Source: Eledone cirrhosa | Lineage: Eukaryota | NCBI GenBank assembly: GCA_964016885.1 | Contig: OZ024740.1 | Coordinates: forward strand, 171,182,001 to 171,246,000 | DNA: 64,000 bases | Direction of reading: 5' to 3' | Part shown: piece by piece, positions 55,086 through 64,000 of the stretch | Numbering within the stretch: the stretch's first letter is position 1 | Layout of the letters: each line of letters begins with the position of its first letter | Notes under the pieces: model-generated | What the model was told of the DNA's origin: nothing | Databases searched by the model: none | What the model saw: the letters and a program-made list of their open reading frames with translations, nothing else | Made by a program: the position numbers and the translations under genes

Positions 55086-55400
55086 GGTGGTGGTGGTGGT
55101 GGTGGTGTTATTGCTGTTGTTCTTTTTGTTATTGGGGTGGTGGCGGTAGTGTTATTGCTGTTGTTGTTGTTCTTGTTGTTGGTGGTGGTTGTGGTTGTGG
55201 TGTTAATGCTGGTGTTGTTGTTATTGTTATTGTTGTTGTGGTGGTGGTGGTAGTAGTTGTTGTTGTGGCGGTGGTATTATTGCTGTCGTTGTTGTTGTGG
55301 TTGTGGTAGTGGTAGTGGTGATGGCGGTCGTGCTATTGCTGTTGTTTCTGTTATTGTTATTGTTGTTCTTGTTCTTGTTGTTGTTCTTGATGTTCTTGTT
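54980..55400. repeat. (GTT)n/(GGT)n compound microsatellite
   Basis: Direct reading. Confidence 0.9.
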
Positions 55401-56033
55401 ACAAGCAGTTTTATTCTTAAGCTAATACTTTTTCCATATCGAAGAATCAGAGGGTCATTCTTAACACCGATATCAGTAGGGTTAAGTGGATTAAATATAA
55501 ATCCCCACCACCGTCCCTGTGGGTTAGGAATCCAGTCTGTCACTGAGGAATATATTTTTCCTCACCGGGAGAGGAAGTGAACTCAGAGCTCTATAACAAC
55601 AAAGTATTCGTCAATTTTGCAGTACGCCTGCTAACTGTAATGACTTATACCCATCTACAATATCTACTTAAAGATAACTGGGCTCTACCATTGACAGATA
55701 TTTCTCTTGGCCAGCACCAGCGAAAGTCTACCGATATTGTTTTATCTGGGAAAGAAACACAAACACCATATAACTTTCGCATTATCTTTATTGTTCGCTA
55801 TTCATCTGTTTATGAAATGCACAGGCACGAAACACAAAAAACACACCACAAAACAAAGACAAAATGGAATTGAAGTTTAAGACCAGGAGAAAGAGGAGGC
55901 ACAAAACAGATAATCCTTGAGGAGGTCACAGAATGTGTGACGCAAGAACTTTAATAAACAAATGAATAACGAATAACAAAGATAAAGTGAAAATTATATG
56001 GTCCGTGTGTTTCTTTCTATTGGCAATATTGGC

Positions 56034-56110
<77 letters not shown>

Positions 56111-56111
<1 letters not shown>

Positions 56112-56510
56112 AGCAAAGGAATATTTAATTTGTTGGCAATTCAACAAATATATATATTTATAACAGATTCAAAGCACTCGACAAGTTTTCTGGAGTATAA
56201 TATCAATGATATTAATAAATGGAAACTATATTTATAAAACCATATTTATTCTATTATATATATTTCAAGAGTACCAAAACTTTGGTACGCTCTCATCAGA
56301 TAAGATACAAAGTTTGTTTTATAAATATTGACATATCCAGGTAAAACTTGAACCGTTAAGGTCTCATTCCTGGATATGTCAATATTTATAAAACAAACTT
56401 TGTATTTTATTTGATGAGAGCGTACCAAAGTTTTGGTACCCTTGAAATATATATAATAGAATAAATATGGTTTTATAAATATAGTTTCCATTTATTAATA
56501 CCATTGATAT
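56111..56510 (-). mobile_element. Mini foldback, family F copy 2
   Basis: ~143-bp arms 56200-56342/56368-56510 around a ~25-nt loop; hammerhead motif in both arms; tail on the left. Confidence 0.85.
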
Positions 56511-56527
56511 ATATATATATATATATA

Positions 56528-58760
56528 TTAAAATAACAGATTAAAGTTTAAGCAAAGAATCTCTGCTTTCACCCTTAACGGGATCTTCTGAAGATTTTTG
56601 AACCTTTTGGGGTTATCATCAGAAAATATGTATACCATCTAAACAACCGAACGGAAATACTTAATTAAGAGGATATACATAGCTATCACTTATTAGTATT
56701 ACTGAGGCTATCACTTATTAGTATAGCTACATACATAGCTATCACCTATTAATATTACTGAAGCTACCACTTATTAGTATAGCTACATACATAGCTATCA
56801 CTTATTAGTATCACTTATTAGCGTCACTTAGTAGTATTACTGAAATGAATGAACTAGTTATTATGTTGATAGTTAATTTCTATATGTATATATTGAATTA
56901 TTTACTTAGCATTCGAAGTATGCAATGAATTGCCTCTATAACTCTATATATACAGATATTAGTGTATAAACAAACCACATCGTCTTAATTTACTCTTTCT
57001 GATAAATGGTTGAGTATATCTAAATCATCACGAAGAGAGCTTGGTACATATTTTAGAAAAGGTTTTAAAATAATACCCAAGAAACTGATCAATCTATGCG
57101 TTTCGTATGTTAGGCCCACGACGATCGATCTCAGTTTGGAGACTTGCGGTGAAGCTAATTCAATACATTTCGATGTTGATTTTTAGCACACTTGATTTAT
57201 TTATTTTTATAAACATTCGGTAAGCCATAAAAATTGCTAGTTTTATATTTGAAGTTCATTGTGTAATCCACTTCGTTATCTTTCAAACATCTTCAATACA
57301 GATTTAATAATATACTAACTTTTCTCATTACTTTGCAGTTTTTATATTGGTTTGTCATTTCGTAGTAAGTAGATCGTCCAGTATATTATTGACGAGTTGT
57401 TTATAATAAGAGGTATCTATAATTGTTTCTACTTTAGGCACAAGGCCAGCAATTACCCAGTGCATTACTGGTACTTTATTTTATCGACCCCGTAAGAATG
57501 AAAGGCAAAGTCAACCTCGGCGGGATTTGAACTCAGATCGTAAAGGGACGTAACTATGCTGGAAAGCATGGCGTCCGACCCTCTACCGATACTGCCACTT
57601 CCTTTGTCGGCTCCCTTAATGATAGTGTCAATATTTTGTAGTTTCTTTTTAGGTTTGAGAAATTTAGTTTTATATCCCTCTTTTCTACAATATCAATTGG
57701 AAAAGAAGCTAAGTAATCACAAAAATTATCCACTGCTTCAATCCTTTTTTTCCTTTCTTTAAGTAAAATCTACTTTTACTTCGGACTATTGATTTGTCAT
57801 CAACTTTATCTTCTTCAATGAAATGTTCAGTTAATCTTAGTTAACGGCAAAATTCTGTGATACCGGTACATTAGATTTTTGTGGAGTGGGTGTAAACTTT
57901 AATCCTTTACATCAAATATCGATTTGAATATCATTTAACTATTCCTTCGATAAGTTTATTAATGTGGTTTCTCTGACACCATCTGGTGTATTGGTATTTC
58001 TGTGTTAGGTCTAAAAAATACAACTGTCTTGGTGTCTCTGTGTTCGATCTAAGAAACGGCTATCTTGGAGTCTTTGTTTTCGGTCTAGAAAATGACAGTT
58101 TTAGGTTTGTTCTTCACAACCATTAATCGTCCTGGTATACGTCAGACGTTTATTGACATTCTCATACGTATATGTGTTTCTTTCAAATGTTTTTAAATAT
58201 TTATTCCTATTAGATGTGTTGTTTTCTACTTCATAATTACTAGATATATATCTGATATACATTTTGGAGGATTTCAGATTCGGTTCCTTGACTTGTACCT
58301 GTATTGTTCCGGTGATGTTGTTGGTTGGATTTCCTTTGGATTGGTAACATCGCTTCGTGTTTTTCTTGTTCTTGGTGGAGGGGTTCTTCGAAAACGGATT
58401 ATCGGAATCATATTATTTCTTAAATTGTTCCTCGCTCTTAAAACAACAGTGTTCACCCTTTTCTCATCTTTTGAGAGATACCAGTTCTGCATTTTCACAT
58501 TCTTGTTTCCAGGGTATATAGATATTTTCTAATAGTTGACCATCAGCTCTTTTCGAAAATTCTATTTGCATATTTTCGTCATCTCCTTTATATTTGTTCA
58601 TTGGTCAGGGCTCTTAGTCGGAAAATTCCAATTGCCGTATTTATTTAGTTCCTCGTTGATTGATTTAATTTGGAATTTTCTCGGTAAGATTAGTATAAAA
58701 GGATTTAACCATTTTTCATAGATATCAGCGTTGCTAGCGTTTTCAAATATACCTTCAAAC
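56528..58760 (-). mobile_element. Heavily decayed Penelope-like element
   Basis: Minus strand INLS...KGLKFTPTP (~57882-57960), the hallmark PLE N-terminal motif; hammerhead-like CTGATGA..ACCC...GGGT-GAAA at ~56560-56625; abuts (TA)n. Confidence 0.65.
57419..57597 (-). mobile_element. S1 SINE
   Basis: Near full-length match. Confidence 0.92.
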
Positions 58761-59966
58761 AGCAAATTTTTGTAAGGGAATGTTTTTATTCTACGGGATT
58801 CTACGGGTATCCCATTCCACTTTTAATTATGTGCTGGCCGAGGAATTTCTTCCTACTTCCTTCCCGTGCTGAATGTGTGTTCATGTTCATTTGTTTTTAT
58901 GTTGGGTACTTTTTCAATATTTTATAAAGTTGTATAATATTTGAACTAAGGAAATTATTTTCGGTCTCTTCTTTTAGAATATTGAAATCCTGTATCAAAA
59001 TATAAAATGATGACTTTCATATTTCTCTTTCACAAATGCAAGGAAGGATTTTTTAGAGTGGTTGTGATTTATGCACCACGGTGCTCCAATTTCTTTAACA
59101 TGTGTGGACACAAAATATCAAGAACCTTCTTAAAACTCGTTGGTTAATTTCTACTTTTTAACCCCCCCCCCCCCCACACACACACACAATGTGAACACGA
59201 CCCACATATTCCATTCTCGCCCAAACCCCAAGTAGGTGCACCAGTTAATCTATCCAACGGAGTGCTGGGCCCCTCCGTTTCCCTTTGCTTATTCCTCTAA
59301 CATCTGCTAAACACCACGCTTCCATATTTAATACTTATTACCCTTCCACATTAAAGGTTAGGACCATGAATAACCGTTCCCCTAACATCCAATGTTCTAT
59401 CTTCGCCTTCCTTATAGCATGGATACTTTCTTTCTTTTCTTGTTTTTCTTTTCTTTATTCATCTACTATTATGTGTGCGTGACCGTGAATACGTGCATGA
59501 GTGCGCGTGCGTGTATGAGTTGTGTCAGTTTGCGAATGTGTGCATATGGGTGGTTGATCGTTCACGAGTACTTGCATGTATGTGGATATACTGCTGCTTC
59601 ATTACCATATACAGGTATGCGCGTGTACGATGAAACGAACCCACTATATTTAGATCGCGCAAACGCTCACAGCCATAGTCTCACATTTTAGCTGAAGCAT
59701 GCCCTCTTTCCTCTGCACCACCGCTTAGATAACTAATCTTTCACTAAAGACCTATGGACGTCAATGTGATAATAATTATAATATATGAAAACGATCGTAG
59801 TCACCCGTTGGGATTTAACGAATGACTGTTTACTGATATGAAAATGGTTAAATGAATGTGTATGAATTATTTGTTTTATAGCCTGTTTAAGAACCAGAGC
59901 GGGATGACCAAAAAATGTACAACCTTTAGGACACCTATACGACACTGACCTACTTTCACATCTTAC

Positions 59967-60039
59967 CACCACCATAGTAGCACCCCTTTGCCTCAGTCTT
60001 GCCAGCATCAGCGTTGGTATAGTATATGCCTGCTGTAAC
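59967..60039 (-). CDS. Candidate exon, ammonium transporter (Amt)-like
   Basis: AG|...|GTAAGA boundaries; VTAGIYYTNADAGKTEAKGCYYGG continues the upstream exon in phase 0 and ends in a GxxxGG motif like Amt1 GLFxGG. Confidence 0.45.
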
Positions 60040-60287
60040 CTTAAATAAATATCATCCCTTCGGCGACAGGCATATTGAAAATAAACAAAAGTAAACATTG
60101 TTTAAGTCTGACGACAATGTATTAAATAACTGTTACATAAGGACATTTTAATGCCCTTAAAATGTGCATAACATATGTGATGTAACGACATTAACCTTTA
60201 TGTATATATATATATATATATATGGAGCGCAAGCTAGCAACCTTACTTCTATTAATCAAAGTTGCTACAGAAACGACGAGCAGATAC

Positions 60288-60376
60288 CTGATCTGAAAGC
60301 AGGCCTGTGACAAGGCATGCAAGCGTGCCGAATGGAGATTTCGTATCGTCTTATCCTCCATGGAGAGCAAAAGGAA
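60288..60376 (-). pseudogene. Candidate Amt-like exon with a 21-nt stop-containing insertion
   Basis: TTCTTCTTTAG| acceptor, CAG|GTATCT donor; PFALHGG[*DDTKSP]FGTLACLVTGLLSDQ aligns by eye with AmtB VFGVHGVCGIVGCIMTGIFA (recalled) once the bracket is removed. Confidence 0.45.
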
Positions 60377-60418
60377 CTAAAGAAGAAACGTGTGTGTGTG
60401 TGAGAGTGTGTAGTTTTG

Positions 60419-60454
<36 letters not shown>

Positions 60455-61625
60455 GGAGTGAATGAATGTGGATGTATATGTGCGTTTGTTTGTTACGTAT
60501 GCACCAGATATTATTATATCAGCAGTGAGATGTTTTAGAGATTTCTAATTTATGAGGTTTTGTGTTGTAATGAAGAGTAGTTCAGGTTAGTATAGTGCAA
60601 TAATGTAAAAGAGCACTGCAATGTAATTATTGCAATTAGTGTAATTAGTGTAATGTTTGATGTGGTTTCAATATTCTCATGCTTGGTGTGGAATACAATT
60701 TATGATTCAATGTTGTAACTTAAAATAATATTCCCTTATTTCTTCTTAACACTCTTGTTTTCCATATTTACCCAAGAATTTAGTTCTTCTATCTGACACT
60801 AGACTGGTAGAGAGAAGCAGTTAAAATTATTAAATGATAAATATCCATTTCCTACTTGAGCACATGGGCAATTCTTGAAAGTAAGACATATAGTTGCTTG
60901 AAGTCGCCACTCTTTAAAATTGCGGATATTGATTTCTTTAGACCTAGAACTACTCTAGTCAATTTTTATTGGAAAAGGGTGATTACAATGGCACCAAATA
61001 TAGTATATATTGCTGATACATATATTTATTGACAATGAAGAGGGGGATGGCAATGTCTACTTTTGTATGATTTAAACTTCTATCATAAAGGGACAAGGGT
61101 TAATGCAGTAAAGCATATTATCCGATGGTGTATGTTTTATTTGAAAATCACCCTTTTTTCAATTATAGATATTGAAAATTATCTTATTTGTTAGGTTAGT
61201 AATAATTGTTTCTTACTTAAGCACAATACCAGAGATTTTTCGGATGTGGAGAAGAACAGTCGATTACATCGACCTTAATGCTTCTATGTGCGTTTCATCC
61301 TTTATGCATTTCAGATAGTTATCTGAAGAGGGGAAAATATCTCCGAAATGCATAAACTTAATGTTCTTTTATTGTGTGTGTGTGTGCGTGTGCGTGTGTG
61401 TGCGTGTGCGTGTGTGTGCGTGTGTGTGTACAGATAAATATTTGGAATTGCTTACATTTCATTATTTTCGCGGCGAAGGATTCTAATACAAAAACTATTA
61501 TATCTACCTTAAATCTTCTAATAAACGGTCCTTTCTAAAATTAATAGTTATAATCTAAGTAATTGTGTCGCCAAGCGTACACATGCCATGGAAATTAGAC
61601 AGACCATTTCAGCTATAGTCTACAT

Positions 61626-61963
61626 CAGTGGTTTTGAAAGTGGGTGCTACTGCTCCCGGAGGGGGGTGTTGAGAAGGTTGGGGAGGGTATAATGGGGGGG
61701 GGGGGCATACAGATGATATAATAATATATTAAATATTAAATTATACATATTATATATAAATATAGTAAAATAAAAAAACATAATATTTATTTATAGATAG
61801 TATATATTATATTATTTATTATATAAAAATTAACGATTTTATTTATTATATATCATTTACAAATTGCATATAGGCAGGTCTCTCTGGAAATAGGGTTGGG
61901 GGCGCAGGAGGGTATTACATGGCCGTGGGTGGGGCGGTGGACCAAAAAGTTTGAGAACCTCTG
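61626..61963. mobile_element. hAT (Charlie-like) MITE
   Basis: TIRs CAGTGGTTTTGAAAGT / AGTTTGAGAACCTCTG; 8-bp TSD GTCTACAT/GGTTACAT. Confidence 0.7.
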
Positions 61964-62002
61964 GGTTACATTCTGCTTGACATATATAGCACTGCTATAG
62001 TA

Positions 62003-62220
62003 ATAATGGTTTCTTATATAGGCACAAGGCCAGCAATTTTGGGGGAGGGGAAAGTCGATTAAATCGACCCCAGTGCGTGACTGGTACTTTATTTTATCGA
62101 CCCCGTAAGGATGAAAGGCAAAGTTAACCTCGGCGGGATTTGAACTCAGGTCATAAAGGACCGTAGCTCTATGCTGCAAAGCAAGGCGTCCGACCCTCTA
62201 CCGATACTGCCAATCCACCG
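62003..62220 (-). mobile_element. Long-tail S1 SINE
   Basis: Full length with the extra GTCGATTTAATCGACTTTCCCCTCCCCCAA segment. Confidence 0.92.
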
Positions 62221-62875
62221 TATACTCTGTATACGGAACCATAGGGGTAGTTATCTGATGAGCAGATAATATCTTAGAAATGTGTAAAGATAGTCTCTTC
62301 TGTATAAAGAGAGCTAATAGAAAGTGTTTACACTTCAGTGTTTTCACGGCGAAGTCTTCTAATTCAAAATTAGTTTATTTAGGCTGATCCAACGAACAGG
62401 CCGTTAGATATCAACCATGATATTGAGTACTTTTTCTCTCGTGTGTGTGTATATGTATGTTTGTATGTATATATATATATATGTGGCGGAATGTCTTCTT
62501 CTGGTGCTAAAGTCTCAACACTTTGGAACATAAGCTCGAATGGCCGGCTAACCAATTGGCATTTTTTATCACGTGACTAAACCATTTTCTACTTTATTAA
62601 GCTACCTACCAGATCATAGATATGGAGTCATCCATTCTACCCTATGTTTTTGTATCTTATCTGTTCCCTTCTGGATATAACAGTAGCTTAAATTTATCGA
62701 TTTGGTTTTTTTTTTAGGGCTAAACGAATTAAGATTGAAGACTGTTAGCATGTAATAACATGTTTTCGTTAGTGTTTCGGAATAGATACACAAGCTAATA
62801 TGAAAATGAATAAAAGGAGGAATCTGTGGCAATTGTATACGAATCCCCATTCGGTTATTATTTCAAACATGTCAG

Positions 62876-63463
62876 ATGGGGAATGTCGATTAAATCAACC
62901 CCAGTGCTTACTGGTACTTTATTTTATCGGCCCCGTAAGTATGAAAGGCAAAGCTAACCTCGACGGGATTTGAACTCAGAGCATAAAGGGCCGTAACCCT
63001 ATGCCGCGAAGCATTGGGTCCGACGATCTACCGATTCTGCCAATCCACATAAAATAATTGTTTCTACTTTAGGCACAAGGCCAGCAATTACCCAGTGCAT
63101 TACTGGTACTTTATTTTATCTACCCCGTAAGGATGAAAGGCAAAGTCAACCTCGGCGGGATTTGAACTCAGATCGTAAAGGGACGTAACTATGCTGGAAA
63201 GCATGGCGTCCGACCCTCTACCAATACTGCCAATCCACCGCCCTAAAATAATGATTTCTAGTATAGGCAGAAGGCCAGCAATTTGGGGGGAGGGGAAAGT
63301 CGATTAAATCGACCCAGTACGTTACTGGTGCTTTATTTTATCGACACCGTAAAGATGAAAGGTAAAGTTAACCTCGGCGGGATTTGAACTCAGATCATAA
63401 AGGGCCGTAACTCTATGCTGCGATGCATTTGGTCCGATGTTCTACCGATTCTGCCAATCCACA
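62876..63463 (-). mobile_element. Three co-oriented S1 SINEs
   Basis: ~62876-63047, 63055-63243, 63250-63463; repeated flank TAAAATAAT. Confidence 0.92.
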
Positions 63464-63691
63464 TAAAATAATACTATAAAATACAACTTGTTCATGCAGG
63501 TTTTTGATTTATAATTGTGTTTTTTTTTATCGTGATTTTATTATTTATTGTGTACTGATTTATTTATTTACGTATTAATGTTAGTATATATATGGGGTTG
63601 CTGGGTGTAGTCAAGGATTCCATTAAGTTGCTGATGTTTAGGGATTCCTGCCGTAGACACATAATTTATTGACTAGAGTTATATATATATA

Positions 63692-63764
<73 letters not shown>

Positions 63765-63767
<3 letters not shown>

Positions 63768-63961
63768 GTCGATCGACAAGATCCCAGGCATCATTCGCTT
63801 AACGAGTGGGATGGAACTCGTCAAATCAGACCGAGGAAACGATGTTTCCATTGGTCTTTCCAATTGTTAATACTATCAAGCGGTCGCAAATCCAGGCCGG
63901 GAATTAAACTTACAGACTCACGATTGCGAATCCAATTCTCTAACCACTCATCCACGCGCCT
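63765..63961 (-). mobile_element. S4 SINE variant lacking the CORE segment
   Basis: Same tRNA head and tail as 25647-25862; 3' end abuts (TA)n. Confidence 0.75.
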
Positions 63962-64000
63962 TCACTTTCAGTTATATATTATGTGTATATTAGTCAATTT

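Noticed and set aside
56675-56845. Tandem GCTATCACTTATTAGTA units as a separate element
   Set aside because: Local duplication inside the decayed PLE
62600-62700. Upstream Amt exon (MDDSISMI, minus)
   Set aside because: In-frame stop just upstream and no credible acceptor

Overview
AT-rich animal genomic DNA, almost certainly intronic or intergenic. The SINE set, the R4/RTE LINEs and the extreme microsatellite load suggest an octopus or other coleoid (inference from memory of those repeats, not a search). Nearly all supplied ORFs are microsatellite artefacts. Recognisable content: a Tc1 DD34E transposon, a decayed pogo, three non-autonomous Helitrons, two MITEs, R4/Dong, RTE, CRE and Tx1 LINE copies, about 25 tRNA-derived SINEs, and several Penelope-like (PLE) fragments. 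The most striking hidden layer is roughly 15 hammerhead-ribozyme-like motifs from many unrelated families, plus about 10 tiny foldback (head-to-head) insertions sitting in (TA)n. In these the inverted arm stops at a family-fixed point, usually about 20-27 nt upstream of a shared GAG(T/C)(A/G)C motif. Other leads: the dominant SINE ends like the Tx1 LINE in this window and shares its ATTAT target; an R4 family is tied to (CATA)n and one copy has a twin-priming-type inversion; and two minus-strand exons resemble an ammonium transporter, with a 21-nt stop-containing insertion. Boundaries of decayed elements are approximate.
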